This document shows positions 37,206 through 49,549 of a DNA stretch of 58,572 nucleotides, in pieces (the first letter of the stretch is position 1; every line of letters starts with the position of its first letter). The stretch comes from Chiloscyllium plagiosum (lineage: Eukaryota), in contig NC_057751.1 in assembly GCF_004010195.1 (NCBI RefSeq), positions 17,253,992 to 17,312,563 on the forward strand, given 5' to 3'. The notes under the pieces were generated by a model. That model was not told the DNA's origin. It worked only from the letters and a program-made list of their open reading frames with translations, and did no database searches. A program made the position numbers and the translations under genes.

Positions 37206-38228
37206 CTCCATCCGTACTGCCAACAGGTACTAACACAGCAGCTTTGGTTAGGAAGTGGAATGGTCCACATTACCCCAGTGACTGTACATTGTGGTCAAGA
37301 TTGGTGAGTGGCGATCTGTTCTGAAGCTAGGAATATGGGCAGATTAAAACAACTAGTCTATTTCACTAAGTGTTTAATGGAGTATCCTCTATGATCGATT
37401 AATGCCAATGGAGTGAAAGCAATTCTGATGACTATCAGCAAAGTTTTATTCAGCATTTCCTGGAGCTAAGCCATCAAAGCCCAGGCCAAAAACTATTGTC
37501 ATATCTGTAAAATTACTCGATTAGAATGAAATTGTAACTGATTGTTATTACATGATTCTAATGTTGCAGTATTCAAAGCACGGAAACTTGGCATTTGGGC
37601 CAACTATATCTGACAAACGTAAAGCTCCACCCAGCCCTCCGTCCAGTCCATGTCTTCTTGCGCACATATGAACACATCCTGCCACTTCTGCCTTCCTCAG
37701 GCAGAATGTTCATGCTTTCTTAACAGTTTCTCGTTAAAGCTCATTCCCCACAATACCAATAGTTCGACAACTCGGAGCAAATACCATCTGCCTTTGAATT
37801 GCTTGTAGTACGCAATTGCTACCGCTTGCTATTGCTGAAAGGAGAATTGCAAATTCTATCTCAAGGAGAATCTTGGGTTTCAGGAACAGTTCTCATTTTT
37901 TAATAAATATTGCAAGTTCAGTCTTTGGCATTGCTTGAACTGAAATTGGTCTGAAAGAATCAGAAAGTATATGATCTGCCTGTGCATTTGTTCCTCATTC
38001 CAAATCTTACTGGCCCAATTTCCTCTTACAAAAAGCCTGCTTCATGCCAAGTCACACATGTATAAGACTGGAGTTTAGTTTCACTGCTGTGTCAATTCAA
38101 ATTATTGATCTTCTAACTAATTACTTTGACGTGTTTGTGGATGAAATCGATCCATTGCCACTTAGTTTCCATGATGGAGATGTTCGTATGCATTGATTAT
38201 TTTTGATTTCCTTTCCCCCGTCTTACAG

Positions 38229-39085
38229 TCAATTTAGTGACGGTTGGAATCCACCTTTGCGGTTAGTGTGGACTCTCAACATGCAGCCGGCTGTATCTGC
38301 TAGCCATGGCAGTGGTGGATCTATTGGTCGTTATCATTGAGATCATACTCAAACGAATCAAACATGATTTTTTCCCAAGATCATTCTTGGACATTACCCC
38401 TGTCTGTTGTGTTCATGCTGTTCTGCGCCGTCTACTCATAGACTGTTCTGTCTGGTTCACCATCACTTTCACCTTTGATTGATATGTCACCATTTGTTAT
38501 GAGAAACTGAAAACTAAATACTGCACTCAAAAAACTGCAACAGTGGTTCTCACAACAATAAGCTGTCTGTATTTCCAAAAAATATTCCTGTCTACTTCAG
38601 ATTTGAACCTGAAAAGATCATTGGCAATGTACCATGGTATTGTACGAATTCAGGTGCATATTATGTTGACCCTTTGTCGGGAGGATTTAGCAACTTTGAA
38701 AAAATTCTAACACCAATAACGCCTTTTTAATTCTGTTCCTCAACGCTCTGACAGTCAAACACATTTTAGTGGCCAGTCGAGTCCGGAAAGGTCTGAAGGG
38801 TCAGAGCAATGGAGAAAATTCTAGTGACCCAGAGATGGAGAGTAGAACGCAGTGTATAATTTTACTTTACGTCATTTCCGGAAGCTACTTGTTTTTGTGG
38901 CTGTTGTGCAGTTTGTTTTATTTTGTATTGACGATCCTTTAGGTAGTGATGGGGAATATATATTTGAAAGAGTTGCATACATGCTGCGAAATTTGAATTG
39001 CTGTACTAACACCATTGCCCATTTTGCATCTCTGCCCAAGTTCAGAGAAAAGCTCAAGAACCCATTGAAAGCAATTTTTGTTTGA
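38229..39085 (+). pseudogene. gpr139-like: GPR139/GPR142-like GPCR pseudogene A, exon 2 (TM1b-TM7)
   Basis: Acceptor ttacag|; NLVTVGI..G*CGLS..YLLAMAVVDLLV..DCSVWFTITFTFD*YVTIC..KTKYCT..LNALTVKHILVASRVRKGL..DPEMESR..NCCTN..KFREKLKN; stops at 38264 and 38480, frameshifts near 38575 and downstream. Confidence 0.92.
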
Positions 39086-40598
39086 AGTATTCCACCAGCA
39101 CAATCAAAGCCACTGTGTGAGAAGTACTTATTGTGTGGAAACTATAAGAAGAAAATATCTGGGAGGTGTATGTGCAATTTTGTCAATTGGGGCAGAAGTT
39201 TGGACAATCTGAGGAATACTGAGAGCTATTCTCAGATGCCAAACATAAAAGGGCCAAGGAGAGGAGATGACTCTGGAATGACCTGAAGTGAATGAAAAGA
39301 AGAAAACAATCACTTTAAAGAATTTCACAACAACAGAAAAGAGGAGGACTCAGAGTACTTGGAGGAAATATCTGGACAAGAATTAGGAGCAGAAGGAGGC
39401 CAACAGAAAACTCAAACAGGTCAGGGCTGATTATCTACATCAATATCAGTTTCTTAAACCGCATCGACTCCAGTTGTTGTTAAACTGAAAAAATGAACTC
39501 ATCCCCGTGCTGAACAGAGATTATCGGAGAACTGAAATTACAAAAGATGTCAGACATGCCGAAAAACGTCATCAATGCAGCTGACGTTCGGTTGACCAGA
39601 TATAAAAACGGCAGGAAGGCAATCGAAATGCCTCCCACAGGACAGGAAATGAAAGTGATCGACAGTTTCTCCCCCACTCGGTCTTAGCTCCTCGCATCCG
39701 CTCACACAAAATAATCACAGGTTGACAAAAGAAAATGTTGTGCATACAGCAAATCTTCATGTGTAATTACACAATATATTCTCATAAAATTCATAATCAG
39801 TAGCAAGTTTTTAAATTTGCATTCCGTCCATTTCTGATTGTGTCACTGCTGTACCCTCCACCTGAGTGAAGCCCTAGGCTTTTCACGTGGGAAAGTATCG
39901 TGGTAAAATTTATGCACAGCCAGCAGATGAGTTGGGAAGTGAAATAATACGCCATCACATAGATGGGGGGATTATACAGTTCCCCATTCATGCTAAGGGT
40001 TGACAGTCACTCAGATCTAAACTGCGGACTGGTCACTTACTCCATTTTCATATGTGTAAATGCTTTCTGAATATATCCTTTGCAGACAGTTCCTTTTCGA
40101 GCCACAAGTGAAACGAAGGTTTTCAGTAAGACGTGACTTTTCCATTTTGGTGACTTCCTGATATCAGTCTCTTTGCTGAAAGCTTAATCGATTGCATTGC
40201 TTCCCCAGACTCGATTACATCACTGTTGGAACTTAGATTCCACACTGTAGTAACTGGACATTAGGGAATACAATGCTGTCTATTTCCAACTGCCACGACC
40301 TGTCAATCATAAATGCTTCCCGTCTCTTCCTGCCTACACTCAGTCCACTTATTAAATACGATTCTGAATTTCATAAGCTTGCCCTTGTATATCAATCTCT
40401 GCATGGCTTCTTCCTATTTGAACGTGGCAAGTGCTAATCTTCTATCACCAGCTTTACGTTGATTGCCTCCTCCAGCCATTTTGTTTCTCCTTACTTCTGT
40501 AACATGCTGGAATCTTGCCAGTCACAACCCGTCTCTTCGCTGCAATGCACTTTAAACCTGCTATGGTACCTATCTTTAAAATGGCATTGTGTCTCACG

Positions 40599-41711
40599 TT
40601 CTCCATAACAATGTGCTGTCTTTGCCCATCTCCAGCTTTGAAAACATCCACAATTTATTAAAGCTCCAACAGCAACAAACATCTTGATCTCCTTTTATGC
40701 GACGAGTGTCTGCAGCAATCACAGTCTCAGTTACACCAGGCAGACCTCACAAGCTTCCCATGTGTTTCACAGTCTCCATCCCTCCAGAAAACACATCAAT
40801 CTCCCCTGCTTCCTTCGTCGTCCTTACCACTATTACTCCTCCACCCGTTAAGTTCGCCATATTTCTGGAACTTCTTCCAAACAGACAGTGTTCATTGGCT
40901 GATTCCCCCTGTACATGGAAGTAACACTCTGTAACTCCTCCAGCTAATCTCCAATTGCTGCCTTTTAATATTCATTATCATCTCAAACACCAACATTTGT
41001 ATCCAATTTCCCCCACACGCCTCCCTATTTTTCTAACCTGCACCAATCACTCCGACTTTCTCAACATTGTACCAACCCTGACATGCTACAATCCTCTACT
41101 TCTCTGGAAATATCTCAAATTCGTCTCCACGTTCCTGATTCCGTGACACATTCGGGCCTTTCCTTCTCCATAACAATGTGCTGTCTTTGCCCATCTCCAG
41201 CTTTGAAAACATCCACAATTTATTAAAGCTCCAACAGCAACAAACATCTTGATCTCCTTTTATGCGACGAGTGTCTGCAGCAATCACAGTCTCAGTTACA
41301 CCAGGCTTCCCATGTGTTTCACAGTCTCCATCCCTCCAGAAAACACATCAATCTCCCCTGCTTCCTTCGTCGTCCTTACCACTATTACTCCTCCACCCGT
41401 TAAGTTCGCCATATTTCTGGAACTTCTTCCAAACAGACAGTGTTCATTGGCTGCTTACACCTGTACATGAAAGTAACACTCTGTAACTCCTCCAGTTAAT
41501 CTCCAATTTCTGCCTTCTAATATTTATGATCATCTCAAACACCAACATTTGTTTCCAATTTCCCCCACACGCCTCCCTATTTTTCTAACCTGCACCAATC
41601 CTACTCTCTCAACATTGTATCAACCCTGACATGCTACAATCCTCTAATTCTCTGGAAATCTCTCAAATTCGTCTCCCCGTTCCTGATTCTGTGACACATT
41701 CGGGCCTTTCC
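40599..41711 (+). repeat. Recent tandem duplication of ~0.55 kb (40599-41163 and 41164-41711)
   Basis: Both copies run ttctccataacaatgtgctg...gtgacacattcgggcctttcc with few differences; may be a decayed L2-like LINE. Confidence 0.93.
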
Positions 41712-42149
41712 AAAACCCCACCCTGTTCATACATTCAAACCAATGTCCAGTAATCTGTGAGTCCAACACACCTTAAAATGCATCCCCTCGCTGTAAATTC
41801 GCCGTTTTCAGCACTACTTAACTTTGTCCAGTCAGTTTCGTCAACATCTTCAAAACGCAAAAACATGCCCATGGCTGGACCACCTTCAGCCCCAATAGAC
41901 TTCCGTATCTTTGTACATTATTTCATCCACTACAAATCGAAGTGTGTTTCTATCTGTCTTACTCAAGACTTGTCAACATTTGCCACTGCGGAATTTGTTC
42001 AATGCTTCTGTTCTGCAGGGCGGTGTATTTTGATGATCATTTCAGGCCATTCCTCCTAAACTGTTTCTGGCGATGTTGACTAGAGACCACATTTCCCAAA
42101 CTATTTTCAATGTGATGCTTCCAGCATACCACTCTGCCTGGCCTATTTT

Positions 42150-44360
42150 CCAGTATTGCGTTCTACAAACCATTCTTCCCAGCTAGACCATATGCAACAA
42201 TTTTCAGAGACTTTCGAGAGAGAACTAGTTGCCTCACATCATGGATACTCCACCGCAGAGAAGTGGCAAACCTTGCGGAATATCATGCACCTCAAAACCC
42301 TGGCTACCTTTGTGAAGAATATCTGCGAGACACTCGACTGGATTCAAGCCAAGGCAACTGAGATACTGCAATCATTGAAGCCAAGTGTGTCACACTAGCT
42401 GAGAACAAGCGGTCAGCTGGCTCGAACAAAGTGCAGATTCACAGGGCAGCAAGGAACAAGGTTCAGTGGACTTCCAGGTACATGTACAGGACATAGCTTC
42501 GTGAGGAACCTCAGGCGGTCACTGTAATGGTAAACATGAGGCTAATGTGCAAAGGCATCAAGAAGACAGGAGGACGTGTTCAGAGCTCGATAGGGCGCCT
42601 CAAATCCTCTAATGAGGAAGTAATCACAGACAAAAGCCAGTAGATGAAGTGGTGGGATGAGCACTGCTCTGATCTCTGTGCCAGAGGTTATACCGTGTCT
42701 GCTTCAGCACTTGATATCGTGACATGCTTGCCAGCCATGGACAAGCTCGATGCAGAGCCATCAGCAGAATAGCTCAGCAAGGCTTTTGACATTTGGCCTC
42801 CAGTCAGGCCCCGAGTAGCGACGCGAGTCCTCCTGGTCTGATCAAATGCTGCAATACCAACTTACTGCTCCCATTGCATGAAGTCCTCTGTCAGTTCTGG
42901 CAAGAAGGAGCTGTAGTGCAGGCCATGAGGAATGCCAAGATCAGTGCCCACTACAAGAGCAAGGGTCGAGGGAAGCGACTTCAACAACGACAGAGGCATT
43001 TCTCCGAAACACTTGAGGCTAAGCCTTTGCTCGGGTCATCTTGACTCGCCTGCAGAAACAGCACAATGTTAACGACCCAGAGGCACAGTGCGAAGTCCGA
43101 GTTCAATGGTCAATAGAAGACACGAACTTCTCCATTCCCCAAATGCAGAAGAATGGCAGAGAAAATGCCCGTTTACACCACCTTCATCGACCTTACCAAG
43201 GCGTTCGAATTGGTCAGCAGAAAGGACTTTTTTCAAGAAAGGACCTCCTGGAGATCAGCTGCTCCCACGAAACTGCTGAGCGTGATAGCATCATGAAAGG
43301 GACAATGCAGTTCAACAGCAGCACTTCTGAGCCTTTCGACATCCATGGCGGCATCAAGCAAGGCTGTGTCCTCGCTCCCACACACTTTAGGACTTTTTTT
43401 GGCAGTGCTCCGAAAACATGTCTTTTGCATGTCAACGGAGGGGATTTACAGAGGCATTAGATCAGACAGCAGGTTCTTCAACCTAACCTGCTCAGAGACA
43501 AGGCAATCATCAAGTACATGCTGTTTGCCGATGATGCTGCAGTTGCAACATACATCCAGCAGAAACTACAGTTATTGATAGACTGCCTCTCCGACCCATG
43601 CAAGGATGTTGGGCTGACTATCAGTTTGAAGAAGACGAGCGTCCTGGGACGGGACACGGAGGAACCGGTAATCATCACCATCGATGACTCCAAGCTGAAT
43701 AAATCGTCAATTTATGTACCTTGGCTCTGCCATCGTGAAAACATGAGCACATTGCCGTATGGCAGTGAAACTTGGACTACATATGGCAGATAGGAGGGAA
43801 TATTTATCACCTTTTATTCAAGGAGTATCCGATACCATCCCGGTCATATCCTGGCAAGACAGAGTGCGCAACGCTGCAGTCCTATCTCGCGTTGGCCTTC
43901 CCAGCATTTACACTCTGCACAGGTAGAGGAGACTATGCTGGCGGGGTCAAGACCAAAACTTGGAGGATAGCCACATCCTAACGGATATCCTTGATGGTGA
44001 GATTGCTACTGGGAAGAGACCTACTGGGTGTCCCAAACAAGTTTTCAAGGACGTCAATATGACGTACATGAAGACGCTTGAAATCGGAATGAAGTCCTGG
44101 TGGAGGCTTGCAGCTGACTGCACGAGATGGAGAAGGACCCTGAGCCAACACCTCAAAACAGGGGAAAAGAAGCTGAGGAGTATTGCAGTAAATAGGCATG
44201 AGTACAGCCATTTTAGCAGATCAACGACCACATACAGATGTGACCTGTGCGACCAGGACTGTCATTTCAGTCACAAGCAACGTTGCTCCAGTGAAGCAGA
44301 AAGCAAAAATAACGAGGATGCAACCCTAGGTCAGCCATGACCGAGAGGGTCCCCACAAGC
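42150..44360 (+). mobile_element. RTE-clade LINE (RT plus C-terminal region), decayed
   Basis: PEAQCEVR (PESQCGFR-like), SEPFDIHGGIKQGCVLAPT, MLFADDAAV, GLTISLKKTSVL, YGSETWT, ILDGEIATGKRPTGCPK, C-terminal CDLCD...HKQRC. Confidence 0.92.
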
Positions 44361-44379
44361 AACTTTTCCAAGTTTACTT

Positions 44380-46650
44380 CAATGTGAATCTGACTGCGGG
44401 CCCAACTTCTCAGACTATTTCACTCTGATTCTGCCAGACTGCTTCTCTGCAATGCTCACTGCAGTCAAATCTAACTCGTTTGCTGTCTGGAGATGCTCAC
44501 TGCAGGCGACATTTTGCAATTTATTTCACTGCGGTGCTAACGGTTGTCGACGTTTCCAAGGCTGCTAGTCTTCCTCGACAGTTCATAAAGATGGGAACTG
44601 AAGGCCATTCATGCTTGATTCCTTCACTCCCTGCAATATCGATTTCAGACCTCTCTTTGATGCCTGTTTTACTGTGAAGTTGACTGCAGATTACTCTTCC
44701 AGACTGCTTCTCTGAGTTGTTCGCTGCAGACTTCACTTCCTTGAATGCATCATTATAATTTTGACACATGCTAATCACTGTAGGCGATATCATTGATATG
44801 AGTGCTGCAGTCCACTGTTCTCAGGCATTTTCTCTACAATGAATACAAAGGTCGCTCATCCTTATCAGACACATTATGATGCAAACATCAGTCCACGTTT
44901 GCCAGAAATTTTCATTGTGATTTGCACTGAGGCCAGTTATCCCATATTGGTTCACTGTGATGCGGATTGCTGGCCACTATTCCCAGACACATTCACTCTT
45001 CCCGGACTGCTCCACTGAAATCCTAAAATCATCGATGGAGACACTGAGTTGTTGACTGCAGGTCCCTTTCCCAGTCTGTTTAACCACCATGTTGACTGCA
45101 GACCACTCTTCCCAGACTGACTCACTCAAATGGTGTCTTCAGCCCGATCTCCCCGGTCTCCCTTTCCTGCATTACAAGCTTCAACCGCTCTTCCCAGATC
45201 TTTTTCCTGGGCTGCACACTGCAGACCACACCTCCCTGACTGCATCAATATCATTCTGCCTGAAGTCCAATCTCCCTCACGTCTGCTTTGACTGTCGTCC
45301 ACGCCTTGCAAAATTTTACCCAGTAATATTCATTGCAAGCTGTACTCACAATTTCTTTCACTGGAAGTTTGACCACAGAGCCATCCGTCCTAGTCTTAAT
45401 GACGGTGATGTTCTCCGCAGGCCGCTCTGAACAATCATTTTGCATGCAATCTTGACTGAAGACCATTCTTAACACACTATTTAACTGCATTCGTCCCTGC
45501 ACGCCACATTTCGCAGTCTGCATCACTGATTTGCTACCTTCAGGTCGCTCATCCCAGACTGATTCACTGCCATGCAGATCTCAGCCACCCTATTCTTCGA
45601 CTGCCCGTGCGATGCTCACTGCCAGACAATTTTTCTGGCCTGCTCCACTGAGAAACTAACTTCGAAGCACTTTTCACAGACTTTCCACGAGTGGCACACT
45701 GCAGTTACTCTTTACAAACTGTTTCATTATGACAGCCGGTGGCAGCAATTCTTCTCAAGCAGCATCGCTACGATGCTATTGACAGGCCAATCCCCATCAA
45801 TGCCATGTTGAGTCCGGGCCACCCTTTGCTGACTAATTTGCATTGACGTACACTGTAGGACACTTTACCTCGTTTGATTCATTATGTTATTCACCGTTGG
45901 CTACCATTTACAGGCAATTACCCTGTGATGATGACTGCAGACCACATCTCACATACTGTTGTACTTCAATGCTGACTTCAGGCCATGTTTCCTGGGTTGT
46001 TTTATCGCCACACACTCTTGAAGCAAATCTCCTCGCATGATTCACTGCAAAGCCCACGACCAGACTTTGATCCCACTCTGCTCTTCTGAGATGCCGACTG
46101 TAGACCATTCCTCCAGGACTGATTCACTGTCCTGTTAACAGCATGAGTTTCTTGCCGGGCGGCTTCATTGCGAGGCTCACGACAGGGAACTTTTCCAGAC
46201 ATCTTCACTGAGAGGCTGACTTTAAGTCACTCTTCTCCGACTGTTTCTCTACAATGTAAACTTCAGGTGCAGCTCATGGACTGTTTCACTCAATAGCTGA
46301 ATGAAGACGATTTTTTGTGGATTGTATCAATGTGTTAATCACGGCATGGCACTCTCCCGAGGATTTTGCATTGTGTGTAAACTGCTGTCCAATCTTTCCA
46401 GGTTGCTTCTCCGTGCTGCTCGCAGCAAGGTCTCTTCCAGAACTCTGTCACTGCAATACCGACCTCATGCCACTCTTTCCAGAATGTTTCACTGAGTTTA
46501 TCAATGAAGATCACACTTCGCAGTCTGCCTCTGTGGCTGACCACAGCTCATTCTGTCGAAACGAGTTGATCGTGACAGTGTCAAGAGTGCTTTACTCAGT
46601 ACAAATCTCCGCACTTTTTGTGTCTTGTCAGTGTTTGATGGAGACATTGT
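44380..46650. repeat. Old ~40-41-bp satellite (also at ~42040-42150, so the RTE inserted into it)
   Basis: gactgcag/cactgcag recurs at 40-41 bp spacing (e.g. 45055 and 45095). Confidence 0.75.
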
Positions 46651-46859
46651 CGAGTGAGTTTTGCATCAGCCTCCACTCATGTTTTGAAGCTATCCTCATA
46701 ATAGTTGTTGAGCAATGCTGATGGAGAGTTGAAAATGCATTTTCCACCTGGGGGAAATTCCCGGTGTGACACTTCTAGTACTTTTGACCTGTATTTAATG
46801 TTTGTTGAACTTCTCAGGGAGTGTTTCTGCTCTCCATTCAGAGATCTATATCTCGCATT

Positions 46860-49415
46860 ATGTTGTACACCTCATTCAAGTCACCTTTCTTCCTTCAAGG
46901 TGAAAAGCCCGGGGTGACTGAATCGCTTTTCATGAGGCAGATACACTAATCCAGGCAGCATGCCAGTAAATCTCCAATGCAACCTCTCTAAAGCATCTAT
47001 ATCCTTATAATAATAAGATAACCATAACAATGTACCAAGTGTTGTCTAACCCGGGTTTTATAAAGCCGCAACAAAATTTCGTGGATTTCAAACTGAATCT
47101 CATGTTAATGAAAACCAAAGCACTATACGCCTTCTTAACAACCCTATTAATGTGGGTGGCAATTTTAAAGGTTATATCTCTGAGGACCCAAAGGTCCTGC
47201 TGTTCCACCACATTGCCAAGAATCTCCTACCCTGTATTCAGCATTCAAATTTGTCATTCCAAAATGAATCATTTCGCAAATATATCCACGTTGAACTCCA
47301 TATACCAATTCTCAGCCAGGCTCTCCATCCGGTCAATGTCTCCTTATAGCCTTCAACAGCCCTCAGCACAATCTACAGCACCGCAAGTTTGTCATTGGCA
47401 AACTTACCAGCCAGCCTTCCACTTCTTCATCCAAGATACTTATAAAAACTTACCAAAACAAGAGGCCCAAGAACACATGCCTTCCGGCCAACACTGGTAA
47501 CAGACCGATAGGCAGAATACTACCTATCCACTACCACTCTCTGTCTCCTTTTGGCCTTCCAGACAGCCAAATTTCCCTGTGCCCCATACCTCCTAACTTT
47601 CTGAATCAACCTACAATGGCGAAATTTATCAAATGTCATACTGAAATCCATATGAACCACATCCACTGTTCTTCCTTCGTCAATCTGACTCAATAAATTC
47701 TGGAAGAAATCATTAGGCCTGTGAGACCTGACCCGCGGCTCTGAAAGTCATATTGACAGTTTTTAATAAAGCTATGCCAAGCCAAATAGAGATAAATCTT
47801 CTTTTTAGACTGTTTTGTGGTGTTGTGTGATTTTTAACTTTGTCTACCAAAGTCCAATAAAGGCCCCTCCTCATCATGAAAGAGCAGAATGTTTCACCCG
47901 GTGCTGAGTCTGTATTGAGAGTGTCTGATGCAAGCAGTGTCAGGAGTTCTTGCGATTTAGCATTTAGATTTTTCGTTTTAAAGGAGGGAAGGGATGTTTT
48001 TCAAACCAGAGCCCTGTGACGAATATAGGAATTGGTGCCGCTTCCATTCCCATTTACGTTTACATAAGAGAATTTAAATGGGAACAGAGGAACAGTTGTT
48101 GCGTGGATGAGATAAGCCACCAGAGGAAGTGGCGGAGGCTGGTACAATTATGACACTTCAAAGAAATGTGGATTGCTACATTACTACAAAGGATTTAGAG
48201 TGATATGGTCCAAGTGCTTGTAAATGGGACGAGATAAATGTAAGAGATCTGGTTGACATGGACGAGTTGGACCAAATGGCCTGCTTCCATACTGCATATC
48301 TGTGCAACTCAATAACTCAGAGTGCTTTCCATTACTTTGCTCACCACAGTCGTAAGACTAATGTTCTGTAAATACGAGGGATTTCTCATTTCCTTTTTTT
48401 GTGAACAGAGAAACAGCATTCGCCTCCTTCATACCATTCAGTAATACTCCCGTAGAGAGTGAGGGTGTAAAGATCATCGCTCGTGGCGCAACAATGCCAT
48501 TACTCACTTCACGTAATTAACTTGGAAACATGTCGTCCGGTCCTGGGGACTCATCGATCGCAATGCTACCCCGAATGTTCAGCACACCCACTTTCTTAAT
48601 ATCAAACTGTTCAAACCTATTAACCTGTTCCATGCATTTCTCACTATCAAGAAGGTATGTCTGTATAGTGACTACAGATGCGAAAAACGTGTCATTTAGG
48701 GCCTCTCCTACCTCGTCAGACTCCAGACACAAGTTGTCTCCACGACCTACGATTGACCCTCCTCTCTCTCTCTCTGTAGGTTTATGTATGCATCAGGTTA
48801 GTGTTGAAAACCTTTGAGTTTTTCATACTCCTTCTCGCCAAGGTTTTTCTGTGTCCCCTCCTCGCTCAACGCAGTCCATTTTTGCGTTATTTCCTAAATA
48901 ACCTGCAATTCTCTAAAACTGTGCCAGATCTTTGATTTCTCAACTTTGGTCACAGCTCCTTGCGTTTCCATTCCTTGCCTGTCTCAGTGGGACAAAAGTT
49001 TCCAACTCTCGCAACAAGTTCTTCTCAAACAGCCTCCACATTTCTGTTGTGCGTTTTCCATGCAACAATTGTTCCCAATACTTCTCCACAGGTCCTGTCT
49101 CGTAGCAGTACAATTGGCCATCCCCAATTACATACCTTCCCATACAATATTTTCCTATCCCTCTGCATGGCTGTGTTAAAGGGAAGGCAATTGTGCTCAC
49201 TGTCACCGAAATGCTCTCCCACCAACGGATCTGACATCTGGCCTGGTTCGTTGTTTTGCACCAAATGCAATATGGTCTACCCGCTAGTCAGCCAATCTAC
49301 GTATTGTGTCAGGAGTCATTCTTGGATACATCTCACAAAATCGACTCCAATAAGACCATCTGCATTAAGGAGGTTTGAATCAATATTATGGAGGATGAAG
49401 TCATCTATAACAGCA
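46860..49415 (-). mobile_element. CR1 LINE (late EN domain, RT, 3' region), interrupted at ~47810-48320 by a Penelope-end fragment and a + strand CR1 tail
   Basis: - strand EQQDLWV..THINRVVKKAYSAL, ESPGPDDMFP, NEPGQMSDPLVGEHFGDSEHN. Confidence 0.85.
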
Positions 49416-49549
49416 ACGGAGTGGATGTGAGGTGGGAAGGGGAGGAAGCAGGCAGTGCAGAAATCCCCTGTAGTCATTCTCCTAAACAATAGGTATACCG
49501 CTTTGGATACTGGTTGGGGGGACAGCCTAGCAGGGGTAAGCTGCAGTGA
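49416..49549 (+). mobile_element. CR1 ORF1 fragment
   Basis: VQKSPVVILLNNRYTALDT (CR1 ORF1 P.L.NRY..L motif). Confidence 0.7.

Larger units (their letters stand above)
31510..40029 (+). repeat. Segmental duplication copy A (direct repeat of 50050-58572)
   Basis: Colinear high identity over ~8.5 kb with offset ~18.5 kb; many ORF-track entries occur twice. Confidence 0.97.
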
